The translations under genes were made by a program, and so were the position numbers. A stretch of 52,986 nucleotides of DNA from Welwitschia mirabilis. Taxonomy: Eukaryota. Position 1 is the stretch's first letter. Each line of letters opens with the position of its first letter. This document shows positions 10,961 through 23,740 of the stretch, piece after piece. The stretch is from the NCBI GenBank assembly GCA_051453625.1, contig JBOZIK010000001.1:18608951-18661936 (forward strand). The letters are read 5' to 3'. The notes under the pieces were generated by a model, which was not told where the DNA came from, ran no database searches, and was given only the letters and a program-made list of their open reading frames with translations.

Positions 10961-12999
10961 ACATAAACTTACAACCATGGATCTAACATGTTCTAGCGAA
11001 GTCCTGTTGCATCTTTCCCTAGCAACACTCTCCTCTGAGGTACCATGAGGCATATGTATGTACCTAACCCCTTTATCCCTAAAATAGAAAGCAAGCAATT
11101 TACTCTTTTAAGCATGTTTGCATCTCAATCCTTAATACAAAGACTTTAAACGCTGCAAAAACTCCATCCTTACATTTCAAAATATCAATCCAAACTTTAC
11201 ATGTGCAGTCATCNNNNNNNNNNNNNNNNNNNNNNNNNNNNNNNNNNNNNNNNNNNNNNNNNNNNNNNNNNNNNNNNNNNNNNNNNNNNNNNNNNNNNNN
11301 NNNNNNNNNNNNNACAAAGACTTTAAACGCTGCAAAAACTCCATCCTTACATTTCAAAATATCAATCCAAACTTTACATGTGCAGTCATCCTGAAAATAA
11401 CAAGGCATGAAGAACCATCTAGTGAAGAAGAATTCAAGGGTTACAAATATCAGAACAAAGAAGTTCCCCTTTAGTCTTCTTTTTTGATTCCATGTCTCTA
11501 TAAAAGTTGACTCTACAAATCTTACCAATTACACAATTCTTATAAGAATCATAGTTATAAGAGCATGCAGGTATTAAAAATGAGATTTAGGTACCATCAG
11601 CCTTGAGTGCTTGATGTGTTACATCCTTGCCATAGATTTGCATCTCCTTCACTTTTAGCAACAACGAAAACTTTCTTTGTACACCTCTAGATCAAGGATG
11701 TAAATGTTGCCAATCTTCTTACCAGGTAGTACGATAAGGAAACCCATGATGATCTTCCACTTTCCATGACTACCAAAGAAGTGCAGTTCCAAACCATCAA
11801 ACCGCACATTTGAAATCGACCTCTGTTCAAGACAAAACGCATGTTTGATGTTGTGCACTATGATCTCGAGCATTCAAAGCTACTATAACACAATTTTCTC
11901 AACTCCACCAACCTTTAAAGGTTTACAATCCTTTGGATATACAATGCCAGATGATATTGGCTAATAGGAAGAGAAATCTACTCTATTGGGGTAAAACCTG
12001 GAAGGATGCAAAAGTGTCAATTAGTCACACATTATCTCATTGTTCCTATAACAATAGCATGCATGATTCAAAAACCACAAATTTCAATCCCCTTCCCATT
12101 TTGCTTGATTCACGTGGGAAGAGGAAGCCTCTGATCTTCCTTTCTCTCCATCCTTCTCTTTTTGTTTGGCCTCCAAAGCATAACAATTCTACTNNNNNNN
12201 NNNNNNNNNNNNNNNNNNNNNNNNNNNNNNNNNNNNNNNNNNNNNNNNNNNNNNNNNNNNNNNNNNNNNNNNNNNNNNNNNNNNNNNNNNNNNGGAAGAG
12301 GAAGCCTCTGATCTTCCTTTCTCTCCATCCTTCTCTTTTTGTTTGGCCTCCAAAGCATAACAATTCTACTTAACATGTACTTCATAAAGATCCCTAACAT
12401 GAAAGACACCTGTACTCTTGCTTCTCCCCTAGCTTTGATCCCATTTCTTAAACCTACCTCTATCATCTACTGCAACTACACTACTAGAAACATGTGTTTC
12501 TGATAGTCTCCTTTCCGCATCCTAAAGATAGATATTTATTACTGAAGATGGTGTTGGTACCCATATATGTGGTCAGTATCAGTCACTATTACAGCCTATA
12601 GTTCCAGAACGGAGCTGAGGACAAGATTACACTTCATCATGTCATGAACAGAAACATGATATTCCTCATACTTGATATAAACACGACCACTATCTCATCC
12701 AGATGGATCCTGCAATGAAATCTCCTCCTCCATCTTTGTATTGAAGACCTTTATCACACGTGGAACTGTTTAACCTAGATGCCTTATCAAACATGTTCTT
12801 CAACTTTTCCTTTGCCAAAAACAAGACAACCTTGCTCAGACAAGTACCAATGAAAGACAAAGTTTTTGCTTTCATCTTTCTCTAGTCAGCATTAACAATT
12901 CCAAAGGGTCTGGTAGTAGATAGAGCTTCAACGCAATCTTTCTGTTTCAAAATATCTTCCACCTTAATTCTCCATATATTCTAATTTTGTCTAACAAGT

Positions 13000-13560
13000 C
13001 TGTCCAACACTTGCAGTCCTTCCATTCTCATGGATTTGAAGAACTCCCCACAATTGTATGAATACACTGCATGAAGGTTGGATGGACACCTTTTCTCCAA
13101 CCTCCCTCTTCTCTACTCTGCTTGGACATGATGGGATGTTCTGCTTCCCAAAACACTTATAACACAAAAAGCCTTACAAACACCCCTCATTACTGATTCT
13201 TGTGAAACGCAAAGTAAATTCAATAAAACATCAAAGCTAGAAGGCAAACAGAAAACGAAAACACACAAGCTTGATGAGGCTTGGGCCCTTTGTACCCTAC
13301 ATCTTCCAATCAATGCAAAGCTCTTGTTAATATCTACAAAGTCAAGGACAAAAGCTATCCTCCATAGCTTACAGCAGGGTGCACAATCAATTTCACAAAA
13401 GCCTGCTTTGTTCATAGTTCTTGACATTTATTTGCGTAAGATGAATTTACTCTTCCATTTTGTTTCCCAACTCTGCTCAAGTGATTATAGTAACCTTCAT
13501 TTCACTCATACTAGCATTTCATATGATTTAGACCCTTTCATTTGAATTGCTTTATGCTTA
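13000..13560 (-). mobile_element. Additional copia gag fragment
   Basis: FCLPSSFDVLLNLL (gag LxSLPxS-like) and a decayed zinc knuckle (YNCGE...). Confidence 0.45.
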
Positions 13561-14199
13561 TGTTCAAGCATTCTATTTTTATAGTCTTAGGTCAATCTAC
13601 TGTNNNNNNNNNNNNNNNNNNNNNNNNNNNNNNNNNNNNNNNNNNNNNNNNNNNNNNNNNNNNNNNNNNNNNNNNNNNNNNNNNNNNNNNNNNNNNNNNN
13701 NNNTTTAGACCCTTTCATTTGAATTGCTTTATGCTTATGTTCAAGCATTCTATTTTTATAGTCTTAGGTCAATCTACTGTAGAAGAATTTGTATGTTATG
13801 TCAAATGTATTTATGTCATTTGCCGAAATAGAAACATGCACTTGCAAACACCACGTTAGCTTGTTAGCAAAAGCATAGTCAGTACAACCTCATCAAAGTA
13901 TACCATAGAGATTGTGATGTCATCAATTTTCTACTCTCACTCACTGGCAACATTGTATGAATAGGCATTGATGATTTCAGAAGCTTCGTGTGTTATAATT
14001 ATGGGACTTGGCTCACTTGCTGCCTATTTCTCAATAAATGAGATGGGCCAAGTCCTTCTTAATCCTAGTCATAAGCTGACAAGGCATGTCCTTCTTAATC
14101 CTAGTCATTGGCTGACAAGGCGTGTGCCATGACATGTTCATAAGCCTGACATCCATGGACATCAATTTGTGCATTAGATTTTCGCACAGCTATTTCATT

Positions 14200-14320
14200 T
14201 TGCAAATTCAGAGTTGACAGATTTGTAATGGAGAAAGGAATGGCGCCATCAAAATTGTTTTGCCCAACGTTGAGATGTTGCAGCATAGATAAAGCACCAA
14301 ACTCCAGATGCATCCCTCTT
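14200..14320 (-). pseudogene. Plant extracellular LRR fragment (about 1.5 repeats)
   Basis: EFGALSMLQHLNVGQNNFDGAIPFSITNLSTL fits LxxLxxLxLxxNxFxGxIP. Confidence 0.8.
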
Positions 14321-15009
14321 AAGATGGAGAACGCTCAAACCTGAAAATATACGCTAGAAGAACGAAGGGGTCAAACTTGAAAATATACGTTGGCGGCCAT
14401 CTTCACGAGTCAAGTTACTAAGTCATTGACACCTTTGCGCAACATTGTTATGCCCACTGTTTGGAATGAAGTTGAGTAATCGTATTCCCCTTTCCACTTC
14501 CCTCATGTATCTGGAGGTTGCTGCTTCTATTAGGAACAGTCGTCAGCCATACACACAGCACAATCGGCAAGTTCACTACTGCTAAAATTATTCGAGAAAA
14601 CTGATCAGTAACATGGTCTGGATTAGCTTCCTCGTGGGAAATGAAAATTCAGTCTCCAGCCTCCTTCTTCTTGATCTCCTTGTGGATGTGAATTTCTGTT
14701 ATTCTTCTGAACATTCTTTGGTATCAAGGAATCCAAACGTAAGTTCTCACTGCGTTGCCCTGGATATCGGACACCATCTTTTCCAAAGTACTAGGAAACA
14801 TTACTTGCATTGCTTTCTGGTTTTGTTCTTGAAATACAAAGTGGCCCTGCATATTATACTTTTCAAAATGTGCCAAGGGAGGGATTCATCCACCAGTAAT
14901 AGGCGTTGTATTGTTATTTCCATTAGTATTTAGAGCACGTTGAGCGTTCTCCCTCTTTTGTGGCTCTATCTATGTAGAGGCAGCATAGATAAAGCACGTT
15001 GAGCGTTCT

Positions 15010-15190
15010 CCAAATACTATAGAAGTATCAGTCAGAGGATGAAAGCCCTGCACATTTTGCAATCCGAAATTGTAGCCTTGTCACTCTTGGTTTTCCTCCT
15101 ACCATATTTGCTATCAGTGGTGTGCAAGTATAAGCATCAGGTGGCGATCCAAAATTTTCCATTTCCTCTATCAGCTCTTCCATAGCACTA
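15010..15190 (-). pseudogene. PPR fragment, frameshifted
   Basis: MEELIEEMENFGSPPDAYTCTPLIA...; mirror of 32240-32420. Confidence 0.75.
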
Positions 15191-16299
15191 TAAAATTCAA
15201 TTATGAGGCCAGACTTCAAAAACAAGAGTGCCCTACAGAACTGGCATGAATATAACTAGCCAAGGCTAAGTAACATACAATGCTAAAAAATCATACCCAA
15301 AGAAAAATTACCTAAATCCAATCCTCATTACAAATTAAGAAAGAGAATATTTAAAAGTTTACATTAACATCATATTTTCTTCAATAAGCAGATGTGCAAC
15401 TAGTCATCTAATATGTCTACTTGTTAATAGTAGTATTACCTCAAGCTTGGCTACTCTTATTAGCAGACAAAAGCAAAGCACTAATAGAAATAAAGCAGAC
15501 AACTGCAAAGCACTAACAGCAAAGCTACCTCTACAATGTATTTATGCTTACACCCTCGCAAAGTTTAGGAAGACCAAAATCCATAAATTTTTTATAGTAG
15601 ATTACTCCATTACCATTTTTTACTTTCTATGAATGAGGTCCTTCCGTTAATTATGTTTATCAACATTTGAATCTTCTATGTTATGTTTTGATTCCCAGAT
15701 GTGTTTGTGTCTGTATACGTTCAAAGGTGCTATCCTGGGTTGTACCTGGCATAATTTCCTAGCACGCATCCTATGTGTTACATTGTGCTTATGCATTACA
15801 TTTTCTAATGCTTTCATGTTATTGCTGCCATCCCCTTTAGTTATGTGACTATCTGAATGTGAAGTAATCATTTCTGATTCTGATGCAGTCTATTGAAATG
15901 GCTTGCAGTTGTGACTATCACCATTATGTTTCACTAAACAATGATCATGAAAAGTAGTAGTTCTAAACTTTTCACTATTAGAGTTGTCCTGTATACATAT
16001 TTTAGCAGAGCACTATTTTCCTTCCCTGATGTTCATGCAGGTATATAAGCTATAAATTCTATGTATTTAGCATTAGGCATCTTCCACTTGTCTTAATAAA
16101 CTATCACAAGAGCTAAAAAGGTTGAAGCCTTAGGCATCCTCTGCATCTACATCTCTTTCTTGTATTTTTGTCTTAATAAATTTGGTGTAGAGTTTGGTTC
16201 TTTTGTTCAATTATAAACGGATAATCCAAAGTGTTCTCAAACATTAGAGGAAAAATGTATTAAGATTTAAATTTTAACTAACTGAATAAGTTTTGTACA

Positions 16300-18020
16300 G
16301 CACAAGCAACTTTTTCTTTTGACCCACAACCTCTCACCAGCTTTACTATATTCTCCATTTCACAAGTAGTCAGGTTCACAAAACTTGAAGCATTTGCTTA
16401 TTCATTTTCACCTACTAACATTTCTACCACCTCTCCTCCAGAAGCCTTTTTAATAACCTCTTCAACCCCCATAGTATCCTTGATAGTCAAACCTGTAAAT
16501 TTTTTTATGAGCATTGACTGTAGAACATCAATCAAGAGCTATCCAACCAAGTCCTCAGACACTTCTAAAATGGGCTTTGTCATGAAGTACAGTAGGAATC
16601 TTGGCACTGGCAACAAGGGGCAATGTGTTAAATGTATTACAAAGAGTGTTTAATTTTCTAACTCAATGTATGACTTCGTTGCAGTGCAAAAACAGGGGAG
16701 GTCTTCATTGCAATGCAAATGTTATTGCCTCTCATGATGTTGTTAATATTTTTGTGGGACTTCTTGGTTTCTACTTAATGAAGTTGTCATTAGTTGCTTG
16801 ACAAAGTGTCCAAAGACTGCCCACTTTGTAAGAGTGATACCATGAAAACAAAAGTGATAGAAAAAATTCTACACATTTTTCCACAAGCACTAGATCATCT
16901 TTGTACAGCAATTGCGGAATTGCTCCGTGTGGTCATGAATGACTTCTGCTGGAAAAGTTGTTGAACCTCTTTTTTTTAGCGTTGGCCTAACCTAGTCTTA
17001 TAACCTGGCCTAACCTGGTCATAATTGAGAAGTGAGTACCCTAGTATCCTACTGCCAAGTTCTTGTGCTGGTGCTCAGGAGAGCCAAAATGTTCTAGAAC
17101 TACATTGACGAATGTCCAGCCCACAGTTATTGTATCGAATGCCTTGCTTATATCCGGTTTAAGTAGTATTAATGGTCCTTGCTGGTGAATTGAAGTATTT
17201 CAGGTATCAGAATCACTTGATCAACTGTGTACCTTCCCTTTACAAATCCAGCCTGTTCTATGTTTATTATATCTGGTAAAATAACAGCTATTCTATTTGC
17301 TATGAATCTCGTGGGAATTTTGTACCTGGTTATGCAGAGGTTGATCAGCCTAATATCCTTTGGACATGTTGGCTTGCTGATTTTGGGCAATAGAGTTATC
17401 AAAATAGTGTTTACATTTTTGCCTAGGTGGTTTGTTCTCCAAAATTGGAAGATTGCATCTATCACATCCTTTCCAATAATATCCTACTAGTACTTGAAAA
17501 GATCAATCAGATAACCGTCCATCCCCTGATTCTTATTATGTTTGATACTGAATATTGTTTTCTTAATTTCCTCAAGGGTTGGTGCTTTGTTTAGTAGAGC
17601 AATATTATCCTCTCACAACCTTCTTTTGAGTGTACCAACCACTTCCTAAATAGTTTGCACCTCAAGTGTTGTATCTTCACTAGGAAACTTTTATAAAATT
17701 GCTCAATTTCCTGCTTTACTCATTCATAATCATATGACATTGTCCCGTTCTAAATAGTTATGCATTTTATTCTAATCTTGAAACACTTCACTAAAGTATA
17801 ATTGTGAAAGAACCATGTCCCAACATCCCCCATTGAGATTCAATCTGTGTTTGCTCTTTGGTACTCATAAATTCCTTCCCATTGCTGCAAATCATAATAG
17901 CTCTTTAAAAGTTCCCTTTCTCTAATTTTAGATTCTTCACTTCCTCCTTGGCACAACATCACGTGCTACAATTTTTCAATTTCCTGTATACAATTCTATT
18001 TCCTATGTTTCCAACACCTT
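16300..18020 (-). mobile_element. L1-type LINE ORF2 (RT) relic
   Basis: NTILITLLPK...PKDIRLINLC...IANRI...IINIEQAGFVKGR..DQV, KPDISKAFDTI, and LLYKDDLVL (YADD box). Confidence 0.85.
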
Positions 18021-18398
18021 AATGAATTTGCACTAAGATGAGACATATTTACGCAATGTCTCTATGGATTTCCTTGGTGTACAGTGAGAAAGATAAAGTA
18101 ACAAATTAAAATAAAACCCACAAATAAAATAAATAAAAAAAGAATTGTGTTTAAAATTTGATTAGAGTTTTGTAAAATTTTGATTAAAATCTAATTAGAG
18201 TTCTGTAGAATTGTGTTTAAAATTAGATGAGAATTTGATTAGAATTTTATGGAATTGTGTTTATCAAAGTTTAGTGTGTTTCCCAATTCCATAAATAGAG
18301 AAGGCAAATATTATCAAATAAGCTACCTCCAAAAAAAAAAGGTGAATTTCTATTAGCATTGGACTTCCACTTCATTTATCTCGAAAAGCCTTTTGCAG

Positions 18399-19050
18399 AC
18401 TACTCAATTACGAAAGTGACCAGCGGATCCAAACCCAAGGCTTTTACAACCAACGAGATAACTAGGGCCACTGAAAATTCCTCTAAAACTATTACAGAAG
18501 GAAGCTTTGGATTAGTGTTTCTGGGAAACCTAATAGATGGCCATCATATAGTGGCTAAAAGTACTCTCAGCTTTCTAAAGCCAAGGAAAAGAACAATTCC
18601 TAAATAAAGTACATTTTTTATAGACAAAAATAATATCTTGTGATTTTTATTTGTGAGTTTCTTAGATTACATGATTTCACTCTTTGACATGCTATGTCCT
18701 CATTTTAACGGCTTAAACTTTTATATCGGGCTAATCATAGACATTTGAATTCCTTATTGGAAAATAATAGATAGCAAAATGATTTCATGCTTGTTTAGGA
18801 ATACATGCCAGAAGGTCTCTCAAGGATCATGTTTATGTTATAGTCACAAGTCAATGTTGAAATAATTTTCCTTTTTCACCCTTTACATAGGTTGCATATC
18901 AATTTCCACATAATTTTCTCTCTTTATCTTATTTTGCATGCCCATATTTTGTTGAACATACCATGTTCATGGCGTATTGCAAGTCCAGAATCTAAGGGTA
19001 AGAACTTAACTTGAGAGAGAGCGTTAGCATAACATTACATGCTACTCAAG
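18399..19050 (+). pseudogene. Receptor-like kinase (LRR-I/malectin-like type) kinase N-lobe fragment, 3 exons, copy 1
   Basis: KAFTTNEITRATEN.SKTI.EG.FG.VFLG.L.DG, then HRHL.SLL...MLV.EYMPEG.LKDH.Y, then KNLT(W)...ITLHA.QG|GTAAAC. Splice sites are partly retained; stops and frameshifts present. Confidence 0.85.
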
Positions 19051-20529
19051 GTAAACTGGTACAATATACATTAATTGCACACTTCAATCAACAATATGAC
19101 AATATTTCTCAACCACTTGTCAACTATATTTCTCAGTCCCTCTCCAAATTCCACTGAAGCTCAAATGTCTGTCATGCATTCGAACTGGTCCACAACCACC
19201 TTCCTTCTAAAGTGAAGGTTTGATCTCCTTCACTACCACTTACATCAGATTACAGATCTGATTTTTTTCCATCCTAGTTACCTTTCCCAAGCTGTCCTCT
19301 TCTTGACATGAAGTCTATTTAATTCGAAATCATATCAAATCTTTAATTAGATTCTATTCTATTCCACTATCCAAATCAGATTTAGCTTATATCGCATCCT
19401 ATAGAAGTCATTTGTATTCTTGATAACTTGAATGTTAATGTTGTATTTCGCATTAACAAGACTGGCACAACTTGATAACCTTCTTCCATCACCTTGCAAC
19501 TTGCCCGAAACAGGCTTGTAGAGGTTACATATTGTCCTTTAGGTTTGTTATAAATAGGGATAACGATTATCCATATCAATTAATTGGTCTTATTGATTAA
19601 TGAAAAATTCTAACTGGATGCCCAAAAACATGCAAAAAGTCCATTACAGGGCCAAATCAACCTATAGGCTTCTCTACAAAAGCATGAATAAGGGGCACGT
19701 GCTGCTTCTGTGCAAGATGAACATAGGCAACTCTGAGATTTTCTATAATGCGAGCCTTTTGCTTACCACTTAATAGTTATTTCTTTTCCACCGAAATTGC
19801 ACCCAAATTATTCGGTAACTACAAACAATGCAAATAAGTGCAAATAATATTATAGAGTAAATCATCAAAGGCAACCATAGTCTCCTTTTTATTCTTTTTA
19901 CCACTTGTTGTTCGATAATCCATAGCAAGAAAAAGGATAGGTATCTCTATACCTGCATGTGTTATGTTAATAATGCTTTTAAAGCTGAAATTTACTTCAA
20001 ATTGATCTGTAAAATATTAGATTAATACTAAATAGCTCAAAATATATAAAATATTATAGCAACTAACGCAAAAATTAAGCTTTCCTATGAATCTGAAGCA
20101 TTCCCATCTATTGTAATTTTAAATTAGAAAATTTTAACAAATGAAACAAAGATGCAAGCCCTCCTCTTTTATTTGGGCTTGGGACCAGCATTAGGATGTA
20201 TTTCAACATGTAATTATACATCCTAATGGCAGAGTTGCCTGCATTAATACTTAATATTAGAGATCTACATAGTAATATATTATGAGAAAAAATATTTGTC
20301 TAAATTATTTAAAGATTTATACCTTACCTTCTCAGAAGTTATAGGCTGTAGACTGTAGTTGCTAATAGAAAGTAAATAGGCTCAAAATATATCAAATATT
20401 ATAGCAAAATAACAAACAACCATATTGTTAACATTACATTTAGGAAATAAAGATGAGATATCTAAAATGTTTTCTAATATAAACAAAACAAAATTAGCAA
20501 GCACAAAAATAGTAAGCTTCATTCAATAA

Positions 20530-22171
20530 TAGGCACATCAGAGTCATCCAAATGAATAGTGATACTTTTACTAGATGACTTAGATTGTCTTCTCCTCTAT
20601 TTTAGACTAATAAAACTCCTTAAGCGTTCTTTTGAATAGATCTATCTATCTACTGCAGAAAATGTAAGGGAAGAAAGCATTTTATCAACTGTCTTTTCAA
20701 TGCAAACCATGGCATCAACATCTTGTGGAAACATATATCGGAGTTTGGACGTTTTTCCCACACCCTATGTTGTATTACTTGAAGGTTTTCGATTTTTTTT
20801 TCTGACTAGAATCTTCAGGACCAGAATTCATATCAATTTTTTGTTCTTTCACATCAGCTTCCAAAATCACAGGTAGAGATGGATCAACCACTAGTTTATG
20901 GGAAAATGAAAAATTTTTGTCCACTTTGAAATCATCGATGCTTAGTTCATTCTTCTAAAACATGCATTTCCTTGCAAACTCTAAGCCTCTTGTTAGGATC
21001 ATTATTTTAATTATGTGCTTGCATACGCAACCTGTTTTGAACCATTGACATTCACACTCAATTACATACGAGTATGCCTTTGTTACATGGTACATTACCT
21101 CACATATATTCGGGTTCTAACTCCGAACATAATAGTCATCCTCACACATTACCAAACAAGCAATCTTTATTAGTAATGGCAATAGCCCTATCCCACAAAG
21201 CTTTGTCATCTTCTTGTGATCGATGATTCACAAGAAATTCAGCATCCTTAGGTCTTGCTTTATTCCAAAAATGCATTTGTGCTTGAGNNNNNNNNNNNNN
21301 NNNNNNNNNNNNNNNNNNNNNNNNNNNNNNNNNNNNNNNNNNNNNNNNNNNNNNNNNNNNNNNNNNNNNNNNNNNNNNNNNNNNNNNAGAAAATGTAAGG
21401 GAAGAAAGCATTTTATCAACTGTCTTTTCAATGCAAATCATAGCATCAACATCTTGTGGAAACATATGTCGAAGTTTGGACTTTTTTTCCACACCCTATG
21501 TTGTATTACTTAAAGGTCTTCGATTTTTTTTTTCTGACTAGAATCTTCAGAACCAAAATTCATATCAATTTTTTGTTCTTTCACCTCAGCTTCCAAGATC
21601 ACAGGTCGAGATGGATCAATGACTAGTTTATGGGAAATTGAAAAATTTTTGTCCACGTTCAAATCATCGATGCTTAGTTCATCCTCTGAAACATGCATTT
21701 CCTTGCAAACTCTAAGCCTCTTGTTAGGATCATTATTTTAATTATGTGCTTGCAGACGTGACATGTTTTGAACCATTGACATTCACACTCAATTACATAC
21801 AAGTATGCCTTTATTACATGGTACATTACCTCACGTGTATTCGGGTTCTGACTCCGAACATAATAGCCATCCTCACACATTATCAAACAAGCAATCTTTA
21901 TTAGTAATGGCAATAGCCCTATCCCACGAAGCTTTGTTATCTTCTTGTAATCGATGATTCACAATAAATTCAGCATCCTTAGGTCTTACTTTATTCCAAA
22001 AATGCATTTGTGTTTGAGAGAGGTACAAAATCAACCGGTCAACTCTATTAGATGAAGCACGCTTTTTGTTACTGAAAAACTTGTACTTTAGTAAACCATG
22101 ATAAGATTCAACTGCATTATTTGTATGTTGCTATGCATATGGTACATCACTATATACCTTTACCCATATAC
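20530..22171 (-). pseudogene. SWIM zinc-finger / MULE-like transposase fragment; two tandem partial copies (20530-21287 and 21388-22171)
   Basis: TNNAVESYHGLLKYKF...RVDRLI and YYVRSQ...YHV...IECECQWFKT.H.CKHI (CxCx7CKH SWIM motif). An intron with GTAAG donor and TTTCAG acceptor spans 22172-22274. Confidence 0.75.
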
Positions 22172-23094
22172 CTGAAAGCACAAATAACTATAAAAATAAG
22201 AAGCTATATAAATTCATTACTTTCGTTAATAATTATTTTTAAATGCAAAATAAAATTCCAAATAGTCAACTTACTTCTGTGCTTTGTTTAGTAGAGCAAT
22301 ATTGTCCTCACAGCCTTCTTCTGAGTGTACCAACCACTTTGTAAATAGTGTGCACCTCAAGTATTCTATCTTCACCAAGAAACTTTTATAAAATTGCTCA
22401 ATTTCCTGCTTTACTCATTCATAATCATATGACATTGTCTCTTCCTAAATAGTTATGCACTTTATTCTATTCTTCAAACACTTCACTAAAGCATAATTGC
22501 GAAAGAACCATGTCCTAACATCCCCCTTTGAGATCCAATCTGTGTTTGCTCTTTGGTACTCATACATTCTTTCCCATTGCTGCAAATCATAATAGCTCTT
22601 TAAAAGTTCCTTTCTCTATTTCTAGATTCTTCACTTCCTCCTTGGCACAACATCATGTGCTGCAATTTTTCAATTTCCTGTATACAATTCTAGTTCCTAT
22701 GTTTCCAACACCTTAATGAAGTGGCACTAAGATGAGATATATTTACGCAACATCTCTATGGATTTCCTTGGTGTACGGTTAGAAAAATAAGGTAGCAAAT
22801 TAAAATAAAAACATCAAATAAAATAAATAAGAAAAGAATTGTGTTTAAAATTGATTAAAGTTTTGTAGAATTGTGATGAAAATCTGATTAGAGTTCTCTA
22901 GAATTGTGTTTAAAATTAGATAAGAATTTGATTAGAATTTCATGGAATTGTGTTTTCCTTTATCAAAGTTTAGCGTGTCCCCCAATTCCACAAATAGATA
23001 AGGCAAATACCAAAGAAGCTAGCTCCAAAAAAAAAGGGTGAATTTCTATTAGCATTGGACTTCCAATTCATTTTTCTCGAAAAGCCCTTTACAG

Positions 23095-23740
23095 ACTGCT
23101 CAATTATGAAAGTGACCAGCGGATCCAAATCAAAGGCTTTCACAACCAACGAGATAACTAGGGCCACTGAAAATTCCTCTAAAATTATTGCAGAAGGAGG
23201 CTTTAAATCAATGTTTTTGGGAAACCTAACAGATGGCTATCATATAGTGATTAAAAGTACTCTCAGTTTTCTAAAGTCAAGGAAAGGAAGAATTTCTAAA
23301 TAAGGTACATTTTTGATAGGAAAAAATAATATCTTGTGATTTTTATTTGTGGGTTTCTTAGATTACATAATTTCACTCCTTGATATGCTATGTCCTTATT
23401 TTGACAGCTTAAACTTTTGTATCGGGCTATTCATAGACATTTGAGTTCCTTATTGGAAGATAATAGATAGCAAAATGATTTCATGCTTGTTTATAAACAC
23501 ATGCCAGGAAGGTCTCTCAAGGATCACGTTTATGTTGTAGTCACAAGTCAATGCTGAAATAATTTTCGTTTTTCACCCTTTATCAATTTCCACATAGTTT
23601 TCTCTCATCATCTTATTTTGCATGCCTATATTTTATTGAAAATACCATGTTCATGACGTATTGAAGGTGCAGAATTTGAGGGTAAGAACTTAGCTTGAGA
23701 GAGAGAGAGAGCGTTTGCATAACATTACATGCTGCTCAAG
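23095..23740 (+). pseudogene. RLK kinase fragment, copy 2
   Basis: KAFTTNEITRATENSSKIIAEGGFKSMFLGNLTDG; same exon layout as copy 1. Confidence 0.85.

Larger units (their letters stand above)
8270..13000 (-). mobile_element. Degenerate Tnt1/Tork-like Ty1/copia gag-pol
   Basis: Minus-strand relics in the correct order: gag (NIWRIKVEDILKQKD), protease/pre-integrase (GKWKIIMGFLIV..GKKIGNIYIL), integrase (DDCTCKVWIDILKCKDGVF; SVARERCNRTSLEHVRSM; YLINISP..WSGKEVSYKHLEFFG), RT (KLVELSKG; FLHVDLDVKIYMRQ; VPYMPAIGSLM..VKWI..YLKGT). Confidence 0.85.

Noticed and set aside
18135-18275. ~33-bp AT-rich tandem (also near 22835 and 30505) and a ~65-bp pair at ~39097-39225
   Set aside because: Ordinary slippage repeats with no further structure.
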